Shown here in pieces: positions 1 through 7,723 of a stretch of DNA of 22,661 bases. The notes below the pieces were generated by a model, which was not told where the DNA came from, ran no database searches, and saw only the letters and a list, made by a program, of their open reading frames with translations. Made by a program: the position numbers and the translations under genes. The stretch is taken from the NCBI GenBank assembly GCA_964590225.1, contig CAZPWS010000051.1, forward strand, positions 1-22,661, read 5' to 3'. The stretch comes from an uncultured Fibrobacterota bacterium (GTDB lineage: Bacteria > Fibrobacterota > OXYB2-FULL-49-7 > JAEUSG01). How positions within the stretch are numbered: the first letter of the stretch is position 1; each line of letters begins with the position of its first letter.

Positions 1-29
1 TGCCAAATCTTTTTCTATTTTCTCGGGAT

Positions 30-1235
30 ATGCTTAAAAAACCAGAAATATCCATGCGCAGCAGGCAGGTACCAAAATCTGCAATCCGTAAACTTATCCC
101 ATTATCCTTGCAGGCAGAGCAGCGGGGAATAAAGGTTCATAAACTCAATATTGGTCAACCCGATGTCGAAACTCCGAAGGAGTTCTGGACGGGAGTAAAA
201 AACTTCAAGGAGAGGGTTCTTGCCTATTCGCCCTCCGAAGGACGGCCAGAGTTTGTTAATTCAATGGTTGAGTACTATCGCCGCAACGGGATTAATGTAA
301 GTAAAGACCAGATTATTACTCTTGCAGGCGGAATCGAGGGTGTTCAGTTCGCATTGCTAACAGTTGCAGAGTCGGGCGACGAAATAATTACGCCGGAGCC
401 CTACTATTCGAATTATGTTGGTGTATCTACCATGACTAATGTCCGATTTGTTCCCATTACTACCACTTCGGAAAATGGCTACCACCTGCCTGATATTAGC
501 GAATTCGAAAAAAAGGTTACAACCAAAACCAAAGCCATTCTGATAACTACGCCCGGGAATCCAACTGGATGTGTATATACGCCAAAAGAGATGGCCGATA
601 TCGCTGCCTTCGCAAAAAAGCATAACCTATTTATCATTTCCGATGAGGTTTACAGGGAGTTTTCGTACGAAGAGGCCCCAGTTACAAGTATAATGCAGAT
701 TGATGGCATTGAAGATCACGCGATACTTATCGACAGCGTTTCAAAACGGTATAGTGCCTGTGGTGCCCGTCTTGGTTGCATCTTAAGCCGTAATGCGGCC
801 TTTATGGAAGCTGTTAAGGGCTATGCCACGGTCAGACTCTCTGCTCCTACTCTCGACCAAATAGGCATTGCCGAGTGCATAAACACACCAAAAGAATATT
901 TTGAACAGGTGCGGAACGATTACCGTGAGCGGCGGGATATTGTTGTCAAAACAATGAACGAGTTAAAAGATGTTTATTGCCCGACTCCTGGCGGTGCTTT
1001 TTATGCAATGGTAAAAATCAACGGGGTTGACACGGAGGATTTCGCGCAATGGCTCCTTACAGATTTTTCCTTTGAAAACGAAACTGTACTTGTTGCCCCT
1101 GGCGCTGGATTTTATGCAACGCAGGGGCTTGGCCGTGACGAAATCCGTCTTGCGTATGTATTAAAAACGGATGAGATGAAAAGAGCCGCGCTTGTGCTAC
1201 AAAGGGCTATTGAATCTTACCGAGAAAAAAAGTGA
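30..1235 (+). CDS. pyridoxal-phosphate-dependent aminotransferase class I/II (aspartate aminotransferase-like)
   Basis: 401-aa ORF with fold type I aminotransferase motifs: NIGQPDVETP, TTPGNPTG, ISDEVYREF, DSVSKRYSACGARLG (PLP lysine region), RLAYV. Confidence 0.93.
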   Translation: MLKKPEISMRSRQVPKSAIRKLIPLSLQAEQRGIKVHKLNIGQPDVETPKEFWTGVKNFKERVLAYSPSEGRPEFVNSMVEYYRRNGINVSKDQIITLAGGIEGVQFALLTVAESGDEIITPEPYYSNYVGVSTMTNVRFVPITTTSENGYHLPDISEFEKKVTTKTKAILITTPGNPTGCVYTPKEMADIAAFAKKHNLFIISDEVYREFSYEEAPVTSIMQIDGIEDHAILIDSVSKRYSACGARLGCILSRNAAFMEAVKGYATVRLSAPTLDQIGIAECINTPKEYFEQVRNDYRERRDIVVKTMNELKDVYCPTPGGAFYAMVKINGVDTEDFAQWLLTDFSFENETVLVAPGAGFYATQGLGRDEIRLAYVLKTDEMKRAALVLQRAIESYREKK

Positions 1236-3196
1236 ACAGTAAAACAAAGACTTCCATTTTATTAATTCTTGCATTTGTTTTTTCCACCTACGCGCTTGTT
1301 TACACTCCAAGGATATCAATAAAAGGGCAGGACGACTATCACTCCCTTGAGTCGATACTATCAACTGTTATTTCAGACCAAATGACAAATGCCCAAAAAG
1401 CAGAAGCAGTGTGGCGCTTTGTATTATCGGCAACCTTTCACTATAAGGCTCCGGAGGAGGGCTTAATTGATAATAGCCTCAAGTTTGAAATGAATACGCT
1501 TGAGGATCCTGTTAAGCTTCTTAACTCTTATGGCTATGCTTATTGTTTCTCCAATGTGTCAATTTTAACAAAATTATGGGAGGTTGCCGGTTTTGATTCA
1601 ACGCGGACATGGGGTATTGGTGGCCACATGATCGCGGAAGTATTTTACGATGGCGCGTGGCACCATTACGACAGCGACCAAAGTGTTTCTGCTTATTTTA
1701 TCAAGCATGACGGCAAAACAGTAGCATCTGTATCCGATATTATTGAGAGTCCAAATTTTTATATAATCGACCCAAAATATCGGTCAATTCCGCAAATGCC
1801 TTATGATAAAAATCCGATTTATTCTCACGAATCCCGTGCCGTACTTGCAAGCTATTATGCGTCGAAAAACGATAACTATATTCGGGATAGAATTGGCATA
1901 CTAACTCATAGAATGGATTATTACCTCAGAAAGAATGAGGAGCTGACTCTTTACTTTCATCCGACGGGAAAATGGCGACATACCGGTATGGATGTTTCAG
2001 TAATTAATCCGGCGTTAGGCCCTTACGACGCACATGGAACAAGAACCTATGGAAATGGAGTATTTGTTTACAAGCCAGATTTATCTTCTATTGCGGCCGT
2101 GGAAGACGGTCTTCATTCGTACAATAATGTTGTTATAAATAAAGGGATCAGACCGGCAGATCCCTCTAAAATTAGTAAGACTGTAATAAAAGTTCTTTCT
2201 CCATGGGTAATTACTGGCAGACCATTAAGTCCATCTGCTTCTGTCGATAAATATGTCGATTACTGCGATGCGGCCGTTGTTTCTGGGTTTCTAAAAAAAA
2301 CAGAGGACAAATCAGCAAAGAATGGCCCATTACTCTTCTCAATACAAATAAAAACAGAAAAACAGCCAGAATGGCAACATGTTTACTCGCAGCAACGGGA
2401 GGGATATTTCACCGTTGATTTGTCTAAATGGTTTTCTGAGGCTAATTACTACTACGAACTATCCTTTATTTTTGGTAAGGATTCCGGAAATGGATCCATT
2501 GAAGAACTGCAGATTACCACATCAGTTCAGGTTAATCCTGCTTCTCTTCCGCAACTCAAACCAGGCAATAATGAACTGATCTATTCTATGGACGGACCTG
2601 CCGTGGACAAAATATCGGTAGAAAATGGCGCTATAATTGGTCAATGCGTTGAGAAATACATCCATTCAACAGAAAATATTACAGTAACAAATGAGCAAGT
2701 CCGTCGCTTCGTGCAAACCGATAATAAAAAACCTGCGACAATAATTCTTAAACAACTGATGGAGGAGGGTACTGTAATCGACTACTGGTATGAAATGTTG
2801 TTTCACCAGAGAAAAAGTAGTACGGTGACAATAGAAAAAGCGGAGAACAAGACGGAAGAATGGGGTCTTATCGAAAAGAAAGATAAAGTACACCACGACC
2901 ACTGGGCCGAATGGCATTCTAAAATATTTAAGCCATCAACAGGGAATGCAAAAACTGTTTACTATCGCGTTACGCTTAGTGGTGGTTCTGCTTTAGTTTT
3001 GTTTAATGGCGGATACAGATATGCGTATAAGCCACCGGAGGGAAGCATCTCTGTTGAGCAAACGGCCATAATTGACGGAAAAGAGAAAGTTTTTAAATGG
3101 AACTTTAAAGAGCGCAATGGCAAAAAAGAAATTTTGATAGATGGTAAATCAGTTATCAATAAAAGTATCCGTTTTGTCTGTGGAAAACAGCCTTAA
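1232..3196 (+). CDS. secreted protein with transglutaminase-like (Cys-His-Asp) domain
   Basis: 654-aa ORF, GTG start overlapping the upstream stop; N-terminal signal-like segment (TSILLILAFVFSTYALVY); putative triad in YGYAYCFSNVSIL ... GGHMIAEVFYDGAWHHYDSD. Confidence 0.7.
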   Translation: MNSKTKTSILLILAFVFSTYALVYTPRISIKGQDDYHSLESILSTVISDQMTNAQKAEAVWRFVLSATFHYKAPEEGLIDNSLKFEMNTLEDPVKLLNSYGYAYCFSNVSILTKLWEVAGFDSTRTWGIGGHMIAEVFYDGAWHHYDSDQSVSAYFIKHDGKTVASVSDIIESPNFYIIDPKYRSIPQMPYDKNPIYSHESRAVLASYYASKNDNYIRDRIGILTHRMDYYLRKNEELTLYFHPTGKWRHTGMDVSVINPALGPYDAHGTRTYGNGVFVYKPDLSSIAAVEDGLHSYNNVVINKGIRPADPSKISKTVIKVLSPWVITGRPLSPSASVDKYVDYCDAAVVSGFLKKTEDKSAKNGPLLFSIQIKTEKQPEWQHVYSQQREGYFTVDLSKWFSEANYYYELSFIFGKDSGNGSIEELQITTSVQVNPASLPQLKPGNNELIYSMDGPAVDKISVENGAIIGQCVEKYIHSTENITVTNEQVRRFVQTDNKKPATIILKQLMEEGTVIDYWYEMLFHQRKSSTVTIEKAENKTEEWGLIEKKDKVHHDHWAEWHSKIFKPSTGNAKTVYYRVTLSGGSALVLFNGGYRYAYKPPEGSISVEQTAIIDGKEKVFKWNFKERNGKKEILIDGKSVINKSIRFVCGKQP

Positions 3197-3205
3197 AAAG
3201 AAAAT

Positions 3206-3234
3206 TTGACTTAATTTTTTGTGAGTTATATATT
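3206..3234 (+). promoter_or_regulatory. putative sigma-70-type promoter of the ars cluster
   Basis: TTGACT (3206-3211), 17-nt spacer, TATATT (3229-3234), about 40 nt upstream of the arsR1 ATG. Confidence 0.65.
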
Positions 3235-3273
3235 CCAATATGACCATATAGCCATTATTGATTGGGATGTAAT

Positions 3274-3609
3274 ATGAAAAAGACGATTACAGATTCAAAA
3301 AACGGTACAAAGTATAAAGAACGGGCAAACATCTTTAAGGCGTTGGCCCACCCAACAAGGCTTAGGATATTAGATGAATTGTCAAAAGGTGAAAAATGTG
3401 TTTGCGAACTTATAGGTCTCGGTGATAGCGATCAATCAACAATATCCAAACACCTTGCATTAATGAAATCAGCCAAGATTCTTGAATCTGAACGAAGAGG
3501 TACGCAGGTTATATATAGGCTGAAAATGACCTGTGTTGTCATGTTTCTTTCGTGTATTGACAACTCAATAATTGCCGCTGCTAAAGAGAAAATCAAGGGG
3601 CTTTCATGA
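3274..3609 (+). CDS. arsR: ArsR-family metalloregulator (copy 1)
   Basis: ORF track starts at TTG 3262; ATG at 3274 gives MKKTITDSKNG. Winged-helix motif IFKALAHPTRLRILDELSKGEKCVCEL..DQSTISKHLALMKSAKIL, plus C-terminal cysteines MTCVVMFLSCIDN. Confidence 0.92.
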   Translation: MKKTITDSKNGTKYKERANIFKALAHPTRLRILDELSKGEKCVCELIGLGDSDQSTISKHLALMKSAKILESERRGTQVIYRLKMTCVVMFLSCIDNSIIAAAKEKIKGLS

Positions 3610-4904
3610 GTATAAAAGATGAAATCAAGCCATTTTTCTGGCTAATTGGTGGCTTTATTCTCGCATACTATTTACCCTTAGGCACAACCCGTTTTGACAA
3701 TGCAATATTCGAAGCATTTCATCTTGTAAAGTGGTATGCCCGTGAACATGTTCTGCTCTGCCTTGTTCCAGCTTTTTTTATAGCTGGAGCCATTAGTGTT
3801 TTTGTAAGCCAAGCATCCGTGATGAAATATCTGGGTGCAAAAGCGAATAAAGTTCTTGCTTATGGAGTTGCTTCTGTTTCCGGAACGGTACTAGCCGTTT
3901 GTTCATGCACGGTGTTACCACTATTTGCAGGTATATACAAAATGGGAGCAGGAATTGGTCCGGCCACTGCTTTTCTTTACTCTGGCCCAGCTATTAATGT
4001 TCTAGCCATTGTAATGACAGCACGAATCTTAGGTGTGGAAATGGGAATCGCAAGAGCTGTTGGCGCTATTGGCTTTGGTTTGATTATTGGGCTCGTAATG
4101 CAGTTTATTTTCAGAGAAGATGAAGCAAAAAAGATTGCCGTACAAAAAGAGATGCCGGATCCTGAAGGTGTCAGACCTCTTTCCCACACAATCATCTATT
4201 TCGCTTCCATGATAGCCATTCTTGTGTTTGCTAATTTCGGTAAAACCGAATCGACGACAGGAGTTTGGCATGTAATTTATTTAAGCAAATGGATACTGAC
4301 CTCTGTCGCAGGAGTTGTGTTCGCCTTTACCCTTGTTGCTATTATTAAAATAAAATTGTGGAAAGTAATTTTATCTTCATTGGTAGTTGCTTTTCTGGGC
4401 TTAAAATTCGGCAATAATCCTCTTGTTCCTTTTACCATTGGCGCACTTATGCTTTCGTGGATGACTGCAACAGATAAAAATGAAGGCAGTGACTGGTTTT
4501 CTTCCACATGGGGATTTATAAAGCAGATAACACCTCTCTTAATTATGGGTGTTGCGGCTGCCGGCTTCTTTTTGGGGCGCGTAGGTAATGAAGGGGTTAT
4601 TCCATCAGAATGGATTGCAAAACTTGTTGGGGGAAATTCACTGCCTGCTAACTTTTTTGCTTCGATTGTAGGTGCGTTCATGTATCTCGCAACACTCACA
4701 GAAGTTCCGATCATTCAGGGACTCATGGGAAGTGGAATGGGAAAGGGACCGGCTTTAGCGCTTCTATTGGCAGGGCCTGCGCTATCGCTTCAAAGTATGC
4801 TAGTACTCAGCACGATAATGGGTTGGAAAAAGACAGCCGTTTATATCACCCTTGTTGTGGTAATGGCAACGACATCCGGTTTGATGTATGGAAATTTATT
4901 TTAG
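3606..4904 (+). CDS. ArsP-like permease (DUF318/SO_0444-type family), putative organoarsenical exporter
   Basis: 432-aa polytopic protein, ATGA overlap with arsR1; duplicated core motifs CSCTVLPLFAGIYKMGAGIGPATAFLYSGPAINVLAIV and LTEVPIIQGLMGSGMGKGPALALLLAGPALSLQSML. Confidence 0.82.
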   Translation: MSIKDEIKPFFWLIGGFILAYYLPLGTTRFDNAIFEAFHLVKWYAREHVLLCLVPAFFIAGAISVFVSQASVMKYLGAKANKVLAYGVASVSGTVLAVCSCTVLPLFAGIYKMGAGIGPATAFLYSGPAINVLAIVMTARILGVEMGIARAVGAIGFGLIIGLVMQFIFREDEAKKIAVQKEMPDPEGVRPLSHTIIYFASMIAILVFANFGKTESTTGVWHVIYLSKWILTSVAGVVFAFTLVAIIKIKLWKVILSSLVVAFLGLKFGNNPLVPFTIGALMLSWMTATDKNEGSDWFSSTWGFIKQITPLLIMGVAAAGFFLGRVGNEGVIPSEWIAKLVGGNSLPANFFASIVGAFMYLATLTEVPIIQGLMGSGMGKGPALALLLAGPALSLQSMLVLSTIMGWKKTAVYITLVVVMATTSGLMYGNLF

Positions 4905-4914
4905 CTCACTATTA

Positions 4915-4971
4915 GACTCTGTATCGAAAAGATATACGCTTTTTGCGGATATCTTTGACGATTACAGAGTC
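4915..4971 (+). repeat. long imperfect inverted repeat (RNA hairpin or binding site) between permease and arsE
   Basis: GACTCTGTA (4915-4923) pairs with TACAGAGTC (4963-4971); AAAGATAT (4928-4935) pairs with ATATCTTT (4949-4956); apex CGC-TTTTT-GCG (4937-4947). Confidence 0.85.
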
Positions 4972-4976
4972 TTATT

Positions 4977-4990
4977 TCGGCCTTAGCCGA
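4977..4990 (+). repeat. short hairpin immediately upstream of the arsE ribosome-binding site
   Basis: TCGGC-CTTA-GCCGA, followed by TTTAGGAGAATATC-ATG (start 5005). Confidence 0.55.
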
Positions 4991-5004
4991 TTTAGGAGAA
5001 TATC

Positions 5005-5238
5005 ATGAAGAGAATACAAGTACTTGGAACGGGATGTCCAAAATGCAAAAAACTTGCTGAAGCAGCTGACACTGCTGCAAAGGAACTTGGGTTAGAGTAT
5101 GAACTTGTAAAGGTTACGGATATTAACCAGATTATGGATTTTGGTGTTATGATGACACCGGCACTGGCTGTTGATGGGACTGTTAAAGTTGTTGGTCGGG
5201 TTCCTACAGTTGAAGAAATAAAAGGATTAATTAATTAG
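5005..5238 (+). CDS. arsE: small thioredoxin/glutaredoxin-like protein (TM0996/MTH895-type), ArsE-like
   Basis: 77 aa; MKRIQVLGTGCPKCKKLAEAA (CxxC), MMTPALAVDGTVKVVGRVPT (cis-Pro thioredoxin feature); AGGAG RBS; followed directly by arsF and arsG-like genes. Confidence 0.82.
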   Translation: MKRIQVLGTGCPKCKKLAEAADTAAKELGLEYELVKVTDINQIMDFGVMMTPALAVDGTVKVVGRVPTVEEIKGLIN

Positions 5239-5262
5239 CTTTTTTAAAATAGGGAGAATGCG

Positions 5263-5772
5263 ATGGATCATAAAACAAAAAAAATGGCAAAAAGTATTCT
5301 GATAATTGTGGTTGTTGCATTTGTTTTGGCTGGCATTGCCGCTGGAACCGCAAAAAGTTCAGCAACTAAAATCCCAGAAGACACCACAGCAGCAAAAAAA
5401 GATACTATTGCGACAAAGGTTTCCGAACCTCTTGCTGCTTCACAAACTATTGTCTATTACTTTATGACTACATACCGTTGCAGATCATGCAATTTTATTG
5501 AGAACACTACAAAAGCTGCAATCGAACAAAATTTTGCAGACCAAATTAAAAACGGTAGTATGGTATTTAAAACAATCAATGTTGATGAAAATCAGAACAA
5601 GCACTTTGTTAATAAATATGGTTTATACACAAAAACAGTTGTTGTTTCTTCTGTAAAAAATGGCGAAGAATTAAAGTGGAAGAATCTTGATCAGATCTGG
5701 AACCTCATTGGTCAGGATGAATCATTTAAGGTTTATATTGCTAACGAAATTAAAGCCTTTCTGAAATTGTGA
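5263..5772 (+). CDS. arsF: ArsF-family (nitrophenyl compound nitroreductase subunit-like) thioredoxin-like protein, N-terminally anchored or exported
   Basis: 169 aa; hydrophobic N-terminal segment SILIIVVVAFVLAGIAAG, then YYFMTTYRCRSCNFIENTTKAAIEQNF (CxxC) and a thioredoxin-like remainder; located between arsE- and arsG-like genes. Confidence 0.8.
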   Translation: MDHKTKKMAKSILIIVVVAFVLAGIAAGTAKSSATKIPEDTTAAKKDTIATKVSEPLAASQTIVYYFMTTYRCRSCNFIENTTKAAIEQNFADQIKNGSMVFKTINVDENQNKHFVNKYGLYTKTVVVSSVKNGEELKWKNLDQIWNLIGQDESFKVYIANEIKAFLKL

Positions 5773-5781
5773 AATAAGATA

Positions 5782-6471
5782 ATGGAGAAATTTTTTCTGG
5801 ATTTCTGGATTGCTCTATGGCTTGGTATTACAACTTCAATAAGTCCATGTCCTCTTGCAACTAACATAGCAGCAATTTCATATGTAGGCAGACGCGCCGG
5901 TACAGTGCGCGGAATAATTACCGCTGGACTCCTTTATACGCTTGGAAGAATGATTTCTTATTTGGCAGTCGGTTTTATAGTTACAAAAAGTCTTCTATCG
6001 ATACCTCAGCTTTCCATGTTTCTGCAAACACATATGAATCAGATAATTGGTCCGTTGCTGATTGTTGTCGGTCTTGTACTGTTTGGATTCATAGACTTCA
6101 GCACAGGTGGAGGAGGTTTTACAGAAAAACTCAAGGCAAAAGTAGATAAAGCCGGAGTTTGGGGAGCCTTGATTCTTGGTTTATTATTCGCGCTAACATT
6201 CTGTCCTGTTTCTGCCGCTCTCTTTTTTGGAAGTTTGATTCCCATAGCTGTCCGCCACTCTTCGACATTTATAATCCCATCAATTTATGGCATAGGTACG
6301 GCCGTTCCAGTTCTGGTGTTTGCAATAATCATGGCTTTTAGTGTTAGGGCGGTAGGTAAGGTTTTCAGCAAAATCACTTCCATAGAAATATGGATTCGGA
6401 GGATTATGGCTCTGGTTTTCATCGGTGCCGGTGTTTATATGACACTTGTTCATACGCTGAAATTGCTGTGA
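5782..6471 (+). CDS. arsG: ArsG-family membrane protein (CcdA/DsbD-like fold)
   Basis: 229 aa polytopic protein; two CcdA-like Cys-Pro motifs, TSISPCPLATN and LTFCPVSAALFFGSLIP; gene order arsE-arsF-arsG. Confidence 0.82.
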   Translation: MEKFFLDFWIALWLGITTSISPCPLATNIAAISYVGRRAGTVRGIITAGLLYTLGRMISYLAVGFIVTKSLLSIPQLSMFLQTHMNQIIGPLLIVVGLVLFGFIDFSTGGGGFTEKLKAKVDKAGVWGALILGLLFALTFCPVSAALFFGSLIPIAVRHSSTFIIPSIYGIGTAVPVLVFAIIMAFSVRAVGKVFSKITSIEIWIRRIMALVFIGAGVYMTLVHTLKLL

Positions 6472-6488
6472 GTCCAAAAAAATAATAA

Positions 6489-6517
6489 TTGGTAGAGATA
6501 TTTTTATTTATTATATT
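6489..6517 (+). promoter_or_regulatory. putative internal promoter upstream of arsM
   Basis: TTGGTA (6489-6494), 17-nt spacer, TATATT (6512-6517) in the 89-nt arsG-arsM gap. Confidence 0.45.
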
Positions 6518-6535
6518 TCGTTATGTGGCGAAATA
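6514..6535 (+). repeat. perfect 7-bp inverted repeat overlapping the putative arsM promoter -10 (candidate operator)
   Basis: TATTTCG (6514-6520) - 8 nt - CGAAATA (6529-6535). Confidence 0.6.
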
Positions 6536-6560
6536 AGAACATATAAATCCGGAGAATTTC

Positions 6561-7364
6561 ATGAACCCAATCTCAGTAAAATCAATGGTTAAAAAAAAAT
6601 ACGCTTCAATTGCAACAGGAGGGGGCAGCGGGTGTTGTTCTTCCGGCTGTTGCGGCAGTGGTGAGGTTGACTATTCAATATTTAGCGATGATTATTCCAA
6701 ACTGGATGGCTATGTCCCTGAAGCCGACCTTAACCTTGGCTGCGGAATGCCAACAAAATATGCTGCCATAAAAGAGGGACAGACTGTAGTCGATCTTGGA
6801 TCGGGGGCCGGTAACGACTGTTTTGTGGTTCGCAGAATTGTCGGCGAGACAGGAAATGTCATTGGTCTTGATATGACCGAAGAAATGGTGACCAAGGCAA
6901 AAGAAAACAATAGGAAAATGGGTTATACAAATGTCGATTTTCGCTTAGGTGACATAGAGGACATGCCTATTGAATCCAATATTGCTGATGTTGTAGTCAG
7001 CAACTGCGTGTTAAATCTTGTACCAGATAAAGGAAAAGCTTTTTCTGAAATTTTGCGCATACTCAAGCCTGGTGGCCATTTTTGCGTCTCTGACATCGTA
7101 ATTAAGGGTGAGATGCCGGAGAAACTAAAACGAGTTGCTGAACTGTACGCAGGCTGTATTTCAGGAGCACTTGCAAAGAGTGAATATCTTGATATAATTA
7201 GTTCCACAGGTTTTGAGAGTGTTAGCATCGAAAGTGAAAAAGAATACCATATACCAGATGAAGTATTAGCCGAATACATGGATATAAATGCGTTGCAGAA
7301 TTTTCGAAAGAGTAATGTTAAAGTACTAAGCATAACGGTTGTTGCAAAAAAACCGAAGGGATGA
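6561..7364 (+). CDS. arsM: arsenite S-adenosylmethionine methyltransferase ArsM
   Basis: 267 aa; DLGSGAGNDCFV SAM site; conserved ArsM cysteine contexts DLNLGCGMPTKYA, SNCVLNLVPDK, AGCISGALAK; N-terminal GGGSGCCSSGCCGSG. Confidence 0.95.
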   Translation: MNPISVKSMVKKKYASIATGGGSGCCSSGCCGSGEVDYSIFSDDYSKLDGYVPEADLNLGCGMPTKYAAIKEGQTVVDLGSGAGNDCFVVRRIVGETGNVIGLDMTEEMVTKAKENNRKMGYTNVDFRLGDIEDMPIESNIADVVVSNCVLNLVPDKGKAFSEILRILKPGGHFCVSDIVIKGEMPEKLKRVAELYAGCISGALAKSEYLDIISSTGFESVSIESEKEYHIPDEVLAEYMDINALQNFRKSNVKVLSITVVAKKPKG

Positions 7365-7723
7365 TTATGAAAGAAATTGTTGCCATTGCCAAAGCTTTAT
7401 CTGATGAAAATCGTGTCAAGGCTCTATTGCTTTTATGTAAGCGGGAAGTCTGCGTTTGTCAGATTGTTGACTTTTTAAAGTTGGCGCCTTCCACTGTCTC
7501 GAAACATATGAGCATTCTTAAAGCTGCCGGCCTTGTGGAGAGCCGAAAGGAAGAGCGATGGATGTATTATCGACATGCTCAGAAAGGAGTTTCTGCTGTA
7601 GTTGACGAGGCTTTGTCATGGCTATCAAAAAACTTAAACTGTGATATTAACAAAAAAGAATGCTGCGGCATTCAAATACCGAGAAGCATATTGGAGAAAA
7701 AATGTATAACAAAGAAAAACTAA
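7361..7723 (+). CDS. arsR: ArsR-family metalloregulator (copy 2)
   Basis: 120 aa; ALSDENRVKALLLLCKREVCVCQIVDFLKLAPSTVSKHMSILKAAGLVESRKEERWMYYR; C-terminal NCDINKKECCG; ATGA overlap with arsM (ATG at 7367 is an alternative start). Confidence 0.93.
   Translation: MIMKEIVAIAKALSDENRVKALLLLCKREVCVCQIVDFLKLAPSTVSKHMSILKAAGLVESRKEERWMYYRHAQKGVSAVVDEALSWLSKNLNCDINKKECCGIQIPRSILEKKCITKKN

Noticed and set aside
357-623. 88-aa minus-strand ORF
   Set aside because: Antisense shadow of the well-supported aminotransferase gene; no recognisable motif or RBS.
2379-3159. Small ORFs at 2379-2579 (+), 2666-2917 (-) and 2962-3159 (-)
   Set aside because: Embedded in or antisense to the 654-aa transglutaminase-like ORF, no motifs, composition typical of shadow frames.
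3977-4714. Minus-strand ORFs of 72, 80 and 145 aa inside the permease gene
   Set aside because: Antisense shadows of a long membrane-protein ORF; low-complexity translation and no start signals.
7660-7701. Upstream 14-residue extension of ArsC (MLRHSNTEKHIGEK)
   Set aside because: The ATG at 7702 has a good RBS and gives the normal N-terminus of LMW-PTPase ArsC; the extension lies in arsR2 coding sequence.
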